Source: a bacterium
Lineage (GTDB): Bacteria; Hinthialibacterota; Hinthialibacteria; Hinthialibacterales; Hinthialibacteraceae
Assembly: GCA_963662285.2 (NCBI GenBank)
Contig: CAXXMV010000008.1
Span: forward strand, 1,088,001-1,152,000
Length of the DNA stretch: 64,000 nucleotides
Direction of reading: 5' to 3'
The first letter of the stretch is position 1, and each line of letters opens with the position of its first letter. Shown here in pieces: positions 1 to 9,165 of this stretch. Below the pieces are notes generated by a model. It saw nothing but the letters and a program-made list of their open reading frames with translations. It was not told where the DNA came from and made no database searches. The translations under genes and the position numbers were made by a program.

Positions 1-2
1 TC

Positions 3-911
3 GTACTCAAAAAGTACCAGCCCAAAAAACTGATTATCTTCAGCCGTGATGAACTTAAGCAGCATGAAATGCTTACCGGTGGTTTCGATGATTCACGCCT
101 GAGATATTTCATAGGCGACGTGCGCGACGTGGATCGTCTGCGCCGGGCAATGCATGATGTGGATATTGTGGTTCATGCCGCCGCGCTGAAACAGGTTCCG
201 GCTTGCGAATATAATCCTATCGAAGCCATCATGACCAACATCATGGGCGCCAAGAATATCATCGACGCCGCAATTGATACCGGAGTTAAAAAAGTAATGG
301 CGCTAAGCACCGATAAAGCAGTTAATCCGGTTAATTTGTATGGCGCCACCAAACTGGCTGCGGAGAAACTGTTCGTCCAGAGCAATGCCTATTCGGCTGG
401 CGCCGGCGCCAGGTTCAGCTGCGTCCGGTATGGCAACGTAGTCGGCAGCCGGGGCAGCGTAATTCCCTTATTCAAAAAACAGCGCGAAAACGGCAAGATC
501 ACTGTTACCGATTCACGCATGACCCGTTTTTGGATCACATTGGAAGATGGCGTGGAACTGGTGCTTAAAGGCATCGAAAGAATGCATGGCGGAGAAGTTT
601 TCATCCCCAAAATCTCCAGTATGAATATTATGGATCTCGCCAAAGCTATTGCTCCCGATTGCGCAATAGATACCATTGGAATTCGTTCAGGCGAGAAACT
701 GCATGAAATGCTCATCTCAGCTGATGAAGCGCGGGACTCAATTGAACTAGACGATATGTACGTCATTATGCCCGCCCATCCCTGGTGGTCCAACGAAAAT
801 TGGAGCGGCGGTCGGAAATTACCTGATGGTTTCAGTTATACCAGTGACGCCAACCAATCCTGGTTGACTATTGATGATTTAAAACTGATGGCTAACGAAC
901 CTATTTCTTAA
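3..911 (+). CDS. pseB: UDP-N-acetylglucosamine 4,6-dehydratase (inverting), 5'-truncated by window edge
   Basis: Frame is open from position 3 (VLKKYQPKKLIIFSRDELKQHEM). Motifs HAAALKQVP, STDKAVNPVNLYGATK, RYGNVVGSRGSVIP and GIRSGEKLHE. First gene of the pse cluster. Confidence 0.93.
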   Translation, partial: VLKKYQPKKLIIFSRDELKQHEMLTGGFDDSRLRYFIGDVRDVDRLRRAMHDVDIVVHAAALKQVPACEYNPIEAIMTNIMGAKNIIDAAIDTGVKKVMALSTDKAVNPVNLYGATKLAAEKLFVQSNAYSAGAGARFSCVRYGNVVGSRGSVIPLFKKQRENGKITVTDSRMTRFWITLEDGVELVLKGIERMHGGEVFIPKISSMNIMDLAKAIAPDCAIDTIGIRSGEKLHEMLISADEARDSIELDDMYVIMPAHPWWSNENWSGGRKLPDGFSYTSDANQSWLTIDDLKLMANEPIS

Positions 912-936
912 TAAAATAAGCATATTATATAAATAT

Positions 937-2094
937 ATGAATCAGGAAAACCAATTTATTCCATATGGCCGTCAAAGCATTGATGATGACGATATCGCAG
1001 CAGTGGTTGATGTTTTGCGCTCTGACTGGTTGACGACCGGACCCAAAGTCGATGAGTTTGAAAAAGCGGTATGCTCTTATGTAGATACCGATGACGGAGT
1101 GGCGGTCAATAGCGGCACAGCCGCCTTGCATACCGCAATGTATGCTATCGGCGTCGGCCCCGGTGATGAAGTTATTGTTCCGACGCTAACCTTTGCTGCG
1201 ACCGCCAACTGCGTCTTATACTGCAGCGGCAGGCCGGTTATGGTGGACGTCAAACCGGATACGCTGACCATTGATCCCCAAGCGGTTGAACGGGCTATTA
1301 CGCCGAAAACCAAAGCTATTATCGCCATGGATTATGCTGGCCAGCCTTGCGATTACCAGACGCTGCGTGATATTGCCGACCGGCATAATCTGGTTCTGGT
1401 GGAAGACGCCTGTCATGCCATTGGCGCGCAATACCAGGACCACAAAGTTGGTTCTATCGCCGATTTAACCTGTTTCAGCTTTCATCCGGTCAAGCATATC
1501 ACCACTGGTGAAGGCGGCATGACGGTCACTAATAATCCCGATTACATAAAAAGGATGCGCCTCTTCCGCAATCATGGCATCAACGCCGATCAACGCCAGC
1601 GCTCCGAACAGGGAACCTGGTATTATGAAATGATCGACCTTGGCTTCAATTACCGCCTCACTGATTTGCAATGCGCTTTAGGTATAGAGCAATTAAAGAA
1701 GTTGCCTGCATGGCTGAATCGCCGCAATGATATTGCGGCTCAATATAATAAATCGTTCGCAGATTTTGCCTGCGTTAATCCTCTTGGTATTGAAGATGAT
1801 ATACAACACGCCTATCACCTCTATGTAGTGAAGATTGATTTCGAACGATTGGGCAAAGACCGCAAAGAGGTTTTCAGGGCGCTGAGAAATTGCGGCATCG
1901 GCGTCAATGTGCATTATATTCCAGTACACATGCACCCTTATTATAAAGTAACGTTTAACTATCAACCCGGGGATTTCCCCGTTGCCCAAGCGGCGTATCA
2001 GCAGATTCTCAGTTTGCCGATGTATGCTGGCATGAGTGATGATCAGGTAAAGAGAGTTATAGATTGCTGCCGGGAGATTATGAGTGATGAGTAA
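937..2094 (+). CDS. pseC: UDP-4-amino-4,6-dideoxy-N-acetyl-beta-L-altrosamine transaminase (DegT/DnrJ family)
   Basis: IPYGRQSI start, LTTGP, EDACHAIG, FSFHPVKHITTGEGG PLP-lysine motif, GVNVHYIPVH. Follows pseB. Confidence 0.93.
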   Translation: MNQENQFIPYGRQSIDDDDIAAVVDVLRSDWLTTGPKVDEFEKAVCSYVDTDDGVAVNSGTAALHTAMYAIGVGPGDEVIVPTLTFAATANCVLYCSGRPVMVDVKPDTLTIDPQAVERAITPKTKAIIAMDYAGQPCDYQTLRDIADRHNLVLVEDACHAIGAQYQDHKVGSIADLTCFSFHPVKHITTGEGGMTVTNNPDYIKRMRLFRNHGINADQRQRSEQGTWYYEMIDLGFNYRLTDLQCALGIEQLKKLPAWLNRRNDIAAQYNKSFADFACVNPLGIEDDIQHAYHLYVVKIDFERLGKDRKEVFRALRNCGIGVNVHYIPVHMHPYYKVTFNYQPGDFPVAQAAYQQILSLPMYAGMSDDQVKRVIDCCREIMSDE

Positions 2095-2824
2095 AACAAA
2101 GAAAGTGACCGCTATCATTCAAGCGAGGGTAGGAAGCACCCGGCTGCCCGGCAAAGTACTCAAACCGCTATTGGATAAACCGATGCTGACCTGGGTGGTT
2201 GAGCGCGCCCAAAAAAGCCGCCTGATAGATGAAGTGGTTATCGCCACAACAACTCAATCAGGCGACGACGCCATCGCTGATTTATGCCATAAAGAAGGCT
2301 GGTTCTGTTTTCGTGGAAGTGAAGACGATGTGCTGGATAGATATTATCAGACCGCCCTACAGTTAAAATCTGAAACGATTGTCAGAATCACTTCTGATTG
2401 CCCAGTGATCGATCCGGGGATATGCGATTTGCTGGTCGCGTCGTTTTTGAGCATCGCCCCGTCATGCGATTATGTTACCAATAGTGAACCGGCCAGTTAT
2501 CCACGGGGATTGGATGTGGAAATATTCAGTTTAGACGCATTAAAACAAGCCTGGCGAGAAGATGACAAACCCGAATGGCGCGAGCATGTAACGCCCTTCA
2601 TATATAATAATCCTGATCGTTTTATAATCCATAATATTTCTAATCCAGTTGATTATTCATCGTACCGCTGGACGGTGGATACGCCGGAAGATTTCAGCCT
2701 TATTGAGAAAATTTATAATTACTTCGGTCATGGAGATTTTAGTTGGCATGATATTATAAGCGCCTGCGAAGAGAATCCATCCTGGCGGGATATAAATACA
2801 CACATCCAGCAAAAAACTGTGTAA
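2087..2824 (+). CDS. SpsF-type cytidylyltransferase, probable CMP-pseudaminic acid synthetase (PseF role)
   Basis: AIIQARVGSTRLPGKVL, FRGSEDDVLDRY, RITSDCP, REHVTPFI and RWTVDTPED are typical of the SpsF/CTP_transf_3 family. Lies between pseC and pseG. Confidence 0.8.
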   Translation: MSKTKKVTAIIQARVGSTRLPGKVLKPLLDKPMLTWVVERAQKSRLIDEVVIATTTQSGDDAIADLCHKEGWFCFRGSEDDVLDRYYQTALQLKSETIVRITSDCPVIDPGICDLLVASFLSIAPSCDYVTNSEPASYPRGLDVEIFSLDALKQAWREDDKPEWREHVTPFIYNNPDRFIIHNISNPVDYSSYRWTVDTPEDFSLIEKIYNYFGHGDFSWHDIISACEENPSWRDINTHIQQKTV

Positions 2825-2826
2825 AA

Positions 2827-3858
2827 ATGGATAAAAACTTAATTATCAGAGCTGATGCAAATTCCCAAATAGGCGTGGGGCACGTTATGCGGTGTCTGGC
2901 CTTAGCTCAGGCCTGGCGTGATAATGGTGGACAGGTTGCTTTCGTAATGTGCGATGGACGAAGCGTATTTGCATCCCGTTTGGCGCAAGAACATTTCGAT
3001 TTATACGAGATTGATGTGGAACCCGGTTCGCAGAAAGATGCAGTAGAAACAGTACGGCTCGCTCTTCAAAACAACGCTCAATGGATCGTACTGGATGGGT
3101 ATAATTTTAAGTCTGATTTTCAGCTAGTCGTAAAAAACGCCGGATTGAAATTGCTGTGTATGGATGATTATGGCCATGCGGATCACTATTACGCAGATAT
3201 CGTTTTGAATCAGAATCTCTACGCGGAGGATTCAAAATATTCCTCCCGCGAATCAAACACTATAATTCTGCTTGGAACCCGATATGCCCTGCTGCGCAAA
3301 GAGTTCATTGATAATAAAAAGCCGAAGGAAAAAACTACATCGGAATCATGCAATATTCTGGTGACTATGGGGGGCGGCGACCCGGGCAATGCTTCACTCA
3401 AAGTTATTCAGGCATTGCAGAATGTTAAAATTCCAAATCTAAAAGTTAAAATCATTGCGGGACCCTCCAATCCCTATATCGATCAGTTGCGTCAGGCGGT
3501 GCAGATGGCGGGCGGTGATTTCCAATTACTGCATGCGGTGGATAATATGGCTGTACAAATCGCCTGGTCGGATATTGCGATTACTGCGGGAGGAAGCACT
3601 TGCTGGGAACTATGTTGCATGAGCGTTCCTGCTATAGTTTTAGTGATCTCAGACGATCAAGTTCCCACAGCGGCGGCATTGCATGAAAAAGGCTGCATGA
3701 TAAATCTGGGTTGGGCGACGGAATTATCCAACCATGTCATAGCGCAGACGGTAATTGATTTAATTAATAATAAGCAGCGTCAAAAAGATTTAGCCCTCAA
3801 GGCATCGACATTTGTAGATGGTTCGGGCGCTCAACGGGTGGTTGGTCTGATGCAGTAA
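2827..3858 (+). CDS. pseG: UDP-2,4-diacetamido-2,4,6-trideoxy-beta-L-altropyranose hydrolase
   Basis: IRADANSQIGVGHVMRCLALA, LDGY, YALLRKEF, VTMGGGD, AGGSTCWE (GT28-like PseG). Confidence 0.9.
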   Translation: MDKNLIIRADANSQIGVGHVMRCLALAQAWRDNGGQVAFVMCDGRSVFASRLAQEHFDLYEIDVEPGSQKDAVETVRLALQNNAQWIVLDGYNFKSDFQLVVKNAGLKLLCMDDYGHADHYYADIVLNQNLYAEDSKYSSRESNTIILLGTRYALLRKEFIDNKKPKEKTTSESCNILVTMGGGDPGNASLKVIQALQNVKIPNLKVKIIAGPSNPYIDQLRQAVQMAGGDFQLLHAVDNMAVQIAWSDIAITAGGSTCWELCCMSVPAIVLVISDDQVPTAAALHEKGCMINLGWATELSNHVIAQTVIDLINNKQRQKDLALKASTFVDGSGAQRVVGLMQ

Positions 3859-3906
3859 CACCCGATTATCAAGGCATGAAATTTGTTATACGAAAGCACA
3901 ATCCAA

Positions 3907-4611
3907 ATGAGTCTGACCGCAGTCATAACACAACCGACCTATATGCCTTGGATGGGATATTTTGAACAAATCGCCCGGTCTGACCTATTCATTATTTTGG
4001 ATACCGTGCAATTTGAAAAACAATCCTGGCAAAACCGCAACCGACTTAAAGGCAACAATGATCAACCATTTTGGCTAACCATTCCGGTTGTCACTGATTC
4101 ACACAAGGCATTGATCAATGAAATACGATTCAATCCAAATAAGTCCAACTGGAAAAGAAAACATCTGGAGTCGATCCGTATGCATTTAAAAGCGGCGCCA
4201 TTTTTTGATGTTGTTTTTCCCCGCATAGAAGAGTGGTTAAGCAAAGATTATGAATTATTGGTTGAACTCAATATTGCCGGGATAAAAATGTTTTGTGAAA
4301 TGCTTGGTTTGTCACCCAATTTTATGCGCTCATCGGATATGAAGCCCACCGGCAACAAAACCGACCTGGTTATCAGTCTTTGCAACCAGGTTGGCGCGAC
4401 GCGTTATTACAGCGCAGCCGGTTCGAAGGCCTATATGGAGCAGAATGAACATCTGTTCGTCGAAGCTGGCATTGAATTGATTTATCAGGACTGGACGCAT
4501 CCGGTATATACTCAACGCGGCGCAGGCTTTATATCTCATTTATCTATTATCGATGCGTTGAGCAACATAGGCCCCGAACAGGTTCGGTCGTATATCATAC
4601 AGACAGATTGA
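3907..4611 (+). CDS. WbqC-like family protein (putative aminoacyl/glycyl transferase)
   Basis: QPTYMPWMGYF, DTVQFEKQSWQNRNR, WLTIPV, YTQ...FISHLSIIDAL are WbqC signatures. Alternative TTG start at 3883. Confidence 0.85.
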   Translation: MSLTAVITQPTYMPWMGYFEQIARSDLFIILDTVQFEKQSWQNRNRLKGNNDQPFWLTIPVVTDSHKALINEIRFNPNKSNWKRKHLESIRMHLKAAPFFDVVFPRIEEWLSKDYELLVELNIAGIKMFCEMLGLSPNFMRSSDMKPTGNKTDLVISLCNQVGATRYYSAAGSKAYMEQNEHLFVEAGIELIYQDWTHPVYTQRGAGFISHLSIIDALSNIGPEQVRSYIIQTD

Positions 4612-4696
4612 GTGCATATCTAAAAAGTCGTTACCGGAATATATATACGATAAGGATTATTATTTTGTTGCAGAAAAAAATTGATGGAGCATAATT

Positions 4697-5746
4697 GTGA
4701 ACACAATAGTGATTGGAAATCGACGTATTGGCGCTGGACAACCGACGTATATCATCGCCGAAATGTCAGCGAATCATAATCAGGATTATGATCAGGCGGT
4801 CAAAATAATTCATGCCGCCAAAGCTTGCGGCGCCGATGCGGTTAAGTTGCAAACATACACGCCAGATACCATGACCATCCAATCAGATAAAGATTTTTTC
4901 CAAATCAATAGCGGCACCATTTGGGATGGTCAAAGTTTGTATGACCTATATAAAAAGGCTTATACCCCGTGGGACTGGCAGCCAAAATTGAAAGATATCG
5001 CTGATCAAATCGGCATTGATCTATTCTCCAGCCCATTCGATTCAACAGCAGTGGATTTCTTGGAAAAGATTGATGTTCCAGCCTACAAAGTTGCTTCGCT
5101 GGAGTTGGTTGATTTACCCCTGATTGATTTAATCGCCAAAACTGGCAAGCCGTTGATCATGTCTACCGGCATGGCTTCCCTCAGCGAAATCGATGAAGCT
5201 ATGCAAACCGCCCGTAATGCGGGCGCCGATGAAATAGCGCTGCTCAAGTGCGTCAGCGCCTATCCCGCTCCAGCCGAAGAGATGAATTTGCGCACCATCC
5301 CTCACCTGGCCGAGACTTTTAACGTTACCGCTGGATTGTCGGATCATACTTTGGGCATTACGGTTCCGACAGCTGCGGTAACTCTGGGAGCGTCGATTAT
5401 CGAAAAGCATTTCACTCTTTCGCGTACAGTCGAAGGACCAGATAACGCGTTCTCCCTGGAACCTCATGAATTTGAAGCAATGGTTCAAGCGGTGCGCACC
5501 GCTGAGAAAGCCCTGGGTAGCGTGAAATATGGCGTCCAGCAGGAAGAATCCAGATGCCTGGATTATCGCCGGTCGCTTTTTGTAGTGCTAGATATCAAAA
5601 AAGGCGAACCATTCACTTCGGAGAATATTCGTTCGATTCGACCAGCTAATGGATTACATACCAGATACTATCAGGAGATTTTGGGTCGATGCGCCAGGCA
5701 TGATATCGCCGCAGGAACCCCAATGACCTGGTCGCTGATTCAATGA
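4697..5746 (+). CDS. pseI: Pseudaminic acid synthase (NeuB family with C-terminal SAF domain)
   Basis: IIAEMSANHN, AVKLQTYTPDT, YTPWDW, GLSDHTLG, IEKHFT, RRSLF, IRSIRP. Confidence 0.93.
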   Translation: MNTIVIGNRRIGAGQPTYIIAEMSANHNQDYDQAVKIIHAAKACGADAVKLQTYTPDTMTIQSDKDFFQINSGTIWDGQSLYDLYKKAYTPWDWQPKLKDIADQIGIDLFSSPFDSTAVDFLEKIDVPAYKVASLELVDLPLIDLIAKTGKPLIMSTGMASLSEIDEAMQTARNAGADEIALLKCVSAYPAPAEEMNLRTIPHLAETFNVTAGLSDHTLGITVPTAAVTLGASIIEKHFTLSRTVEGPDNAFSLEPHEFEAMVQAVRTAEKALGSVKYGVQQEESRCLDYRRSLFVVLDIKKGEPFTSENIRSIRPANGLHTRYYQEILGRCARHDIAAGTPMTWSLIQ

Positions 5747-5809
5747 TATCAAACAAAAAACATCTAGCGTTTGTTTTAGATTTGTCTAAATTATGGAGTT
5801 AATTGTCTT

Positions 5810-7336
5810 ATGAGAGTGTTTTTCTACTTTGCGCCTCATTTTCTTGATTGGCCGCTTGCCATATCCCGTGAATTGTTTAATCAGTCTTCAGAGCATTCTG
5901 TATGTGGAGTTATTTCTGGCGCCAAAGATTTATATCATTACGCATTGGCGCATCGCATTCCTACGATTGAACCATTGTATTGGTTGGACGGATTGGAAAG
6001 TGAATGGTTGAAGAGTGATATAGATGAAGATTTATTAAATAAATATGACCGGGATTATGAACCGGGATTTCTACAAAAAATTCTGATCTCTGATCGAAAA
6101 CTGGGCGCTGGATATGTATCAGGTGGAAGAATGCCGCCTTGTCCGTTGATCGACATTTCCTCGGATCATGAAAAAGTTCGGCGTTATATCTGTGGATTAT
6201 TGAAATTCATTGAAAATCAAGTTCTTTCTGAAAAACCGGATATCGTTCTTTCTTATTGCGTGGCTGGTTCATTTGCTTTAGCGCTGGCAGAGATTTGTCG
6301 ACATAATAACGTGGTTTTTTGTCAGATTACCCATTCCAGAATCAACTCAATATCCGTTATTGATACTGATCCTAAAATGGGATTGCATCCAGTAATAGAA
6401 CTTTTTGAGCGTTCTTTGGATAATCCAGAATTGGTGGCTGATTCGGTTCCCGACGCTGAAAAATATTTGAAAGATTACCGCGAAAAACCACTACAACCTG
6501 ATTATGCCAGTTTTAACCGGAATATTGAGAAAAAACTCATTTCATGGTCGGGGATTTTGAAGCAGTTAATTAGTGATATGTATGGCGTCGCCAGTGTGAC
6601 CATTAAAGGACGGCAACCGGATTTACGCAAAGCCGGTGAATGGAGCCTGGCCAGTTATAATTTTCGTCTCGGTCTAAGGCGTCGCAGCATCATGCGTAAT
6701 TTCAAATTTGATAAATTGGAATCCATCCCCCAACGCCCTTTCGTTTATTTTCCGCTGCATGTTAATCCCGAAGCATCGACTATGGTGCTGGCGCCAATGC
6801 ATGATAATCAATTGCATGTCATAGAATCAATCGCCAAAAGCATACCACTGACCTGGAATGTGCTGGTTAAAGAGCATCGTCCTATGATCGGGCTGCGGCC
6901 TGATGGATTTTACGATAGATTACAAAAAATACCTGGAGTCTATTTACTGTCTCCATATGAAAATAATTTCAACCTGATTCAGGGCTCGCAGGTGGTTTGC
7001 ACGATCACCGGAACAACGGCGTGGGAATCTTTGATAATGCGAAAACCCACTATCATAATAGGGCAGTCGCAATACCTTGCTTTGAAAGATGGTTTGATCC
7101 ATTGTCCCGATTTAACCCAAATGCCCTTAGCAATTCGTCAATCGCAAGAGATGGAAGCGATTGATGATCAACGCTTGATTTTATACATCGCCGCTATTTT
7201 TGAATTGGGTTTCGATTTTCCCACCGATGTATATTGGGGTAAAGTAACTAAACAAACCATCGAAAACAATCACAAGATAGCACAGGATATATGCGAGCGA
7301 CTCATTTCATTGTATAAAATATCGCGGACGAATTAG
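5810..7336 (+). CDS. Capsule polysaccharide biosynthesis (KpsS-like) protein, candidate pseudaminyltransferase
   Basis: YFPLHVNPEAST, VKEH and TITGTTAWES motifs of the Capsule_synth/KpsS family. Directly after pseI. Confidence 0.7.
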   Translation: MRVFFYFAPHFLDWPLAISRELFNQSSEHSVCGVISGAKDLYHYALAHRIPTIEPLYWLDGLESEWLKSDIDEDLLNKYDRDYEPGFLQKILISDRKLGAGYVSGGRMPPCPLIDISSDHEKVRRYICGLLKFIENQVLSEKPDIVLSYCVAGSFALALAEICRHNNVVFCQITHSRINSISVIDTDPKMGLHPVIELFERSLDNPELVADSVPDAEKYLKDYREKPLQPDYASFNRNIEKKLISWSGILKQLISDMYGVASVTIKGRQPDLRKAGEWSLASYNFRLGLRRRSIMRNFKFDKLESIPQRPFVYFPLHVNPEASTMVLAPMHDNQLHVIESIAKSIPLTWNVLVKEHRPMIGLRPDGFYDRLQKIPGVYLLSPYENNFNLIQGSQVVCTITGTTAWESLIMRKPTIIIGQSQYLALKDGLIHCPDLTQMPLAIRQSQEMEAIDDQRLILYIAAIFELGFDFPTDVYWGKVTKQTIENNHKIAQDICERLISLYKISRTN

Positions 7337-7354
7337 GATTAATATCAAATTATC

Positions 7355-9145
7355 ATGATAACTTATCAACAAATCAAAAAAGGATTCAATGTTTTAATCA
7401 GTGCTTTTACTCCATATAGAGCATTATTTTTTCTGGTTCTTTTGGTTGATAGCGTTAAAGTAATCCTGGAAGTGCTGCTCCCCATATTGTTTTTACCAGT
7501 TTTTAATAATCTGCTGGGCAAATCAGATGAAACAGTTAATCTACTGGGAGTGTGGGACAACATCCTGACTTGGATGAACAACTCTTTCGGCTTTTCCGCA
7601 ATAACCGTGAGTTTACTTCTCTTATTGAGCGTATCATTTTCTAAATGCATATTCGGCGTATTATTCTCTTATCTTAATTTAAAATTATCTTACAACTACG
7701 CCAGAGATATGCGGGACATTATTTTTCAGGATCTACTCAAAACCAAGTGGTTGTACCAGTTAGAAAAACGGGTGGGTGACTCAATAGACATTATCGTCAA
7801 TCAAGTTGAACGCAGCCGGGTATGCTTGACGGATACAATAGCCTTTTTCGACTTGGCTGGCATGGCTATTCTTTACACTATCGGCGCCGCCTATATCTCC
7901 TATGTCACTATTATAGTCGCAAGCGGAGCCGTTGTGGTTATTGGCGCTGTAATTTTACCCATCGCTTTTATCTCCCGTTATTATGGAAAAAAATTGATTC
8001 AAGTGACCCACGATTTGACCAATCATATGGAAGAATCCTTAAGTGGCTTTAAGATCGTTAAAGCCTGCCGTATGGAAGCGTCAGCTGGAAAATTCGTGGC
8101 TGGTAAAACCGAAATTTGGCGGCGCTATTGCATGATCGTCGACTTGATGAAGAATATTCCCACCCATGTATTAGAATTTATCGTCATATTTGGATTGGCC
8201 TGTTTTTTGATATTGATGAATAAATATCAGATGGTTGGATTATCTGGAGCTGCGGTAACCGGAATGCTGCTTTACCGCTGCTTTACCCGCATCTCAACTC
8301 TACAAACTTTTTGGGTCAGAATATTCCAAAACATCTCCTGCGTAAAATATGTGCAGGATTTTCACGCCGAATTACTGAATAATACCGAACCTATAACAGG
8401 GCGAACCATCAACTCTTTCGAAAAAATCGAGTTTAAGAACTTTGATTTTCAATACGTTCCCGGCCAACATGCCTTGCTTAACCTGAACCTGGATATTAAC
8501 AAGGGAGATACTATTGGCATCGTGGGTGGATCAGGCGCTGGCAAAACCACTTTCGTTGATGTGCTGCTCTCTTTTCTTCCCCCGACCGCTGGTCAGATTC
8601 TGGTGAATGGAATCAGTATGCAGGATATGAATCCACATAAATGGCGCAACCTGATCGGATATGTGCCCCAGGAAGCGGTTATGTTCAATGAAAGCGTTCG
8701 ATACAATATCACATTAGGGCGCACCGACATTTCTGACGATGAGATGCGCGCCGCCGCCAAGATGGCCAATGCGGATGATTTTATCGAACAACTTACCGAT
8801 GGTTATGATACAGTTATTGGCAAGCGTGGATCAAAAATTTCCGGCGGTCAAAGGCAGCGATTGGCTCTAACTCGTGCTTTAGTGGCTAAACCTCAGATTC
8901 TTATTCTCGATGAAGTAACCAGCGCCGTCGACGCCCACACCGAAAAACGTATGCAGGATGCTTTTGAGCAGCTGAAGGGAGAAATGACTATCATTATCGT
9001 AGCCCATCGGTTAGCAACCGTGATGAAATCGGATCGCATCTTTGTTTTGGATAAAGGGCGTCTGGCGGAAAACGGCTCTCCAACTGAGTTGTTGGAAAAG
9101 AAAGGCTTGTTCAGCGAATTGGTTTCTCTTCAGAACCTAACTTAG
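7355..9145 (+). CDS. ABC transporter permease/ATPase fusion (MsbA/PglK-like glycan flippase)
   Basis: N-terminal TM helices, Walker A GGSGAGKT, signature ISGGQRQR, ILILDE, AHRL. Inside the glycan cluster. Confidence 0.88.
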   Translation: MITYQQIKKGFNVLISAFTPYRALFFLVLLVDSVKVILEVLLPILFLPVFNNLLGKSDETVNLLGVWDNILTWMNNSFGFSAITVSLLLLLSVSFSKCIFGVLFSYLNLKLSYNYARDMRDIIFQDLLKTKWLYQLEKRVGDSIDIIVNQVERSRVCLTDTIAFFDLAGMAILYTIGAAYISYVTIIVASGAVVVIGAVILPIAFISRYYGKKLIQVTHDLTNHMEESLSGFKIVKACRMEASAGKFVAGKTEIWRRYCMIVDLMKNIPTHVLEFIVIFGLACFLILMNKYQMVGLSGAAVTGMLLYRCFTRISTLQTFWVRIFQNISCVKYVQDFHAELLNNTEPITGRTINSFEKIEFKNFDFQYVPGQHALLNLNLDINKGDTIGIVGGSGAGKTTFVDVLLSFLPPTAGQILVNGISMQDMNPHKWRNLIGYVPQEAVMFNESVRYNITLGRTDISDDEMRAAAKMANADDFIEQLTDGYDTVIGKRGSKISGGQRQRLALTRALVAKPQILILDEVTSAVDAHTEKRMQDAFEQLKGEMTIIIVAHRLATVMKSDRIFVLDKGRLAENGSPTELLEKKGLFSELVSLQNLT

Positions 9146-9165
9146 AATATTCCATGAGGACTTAA

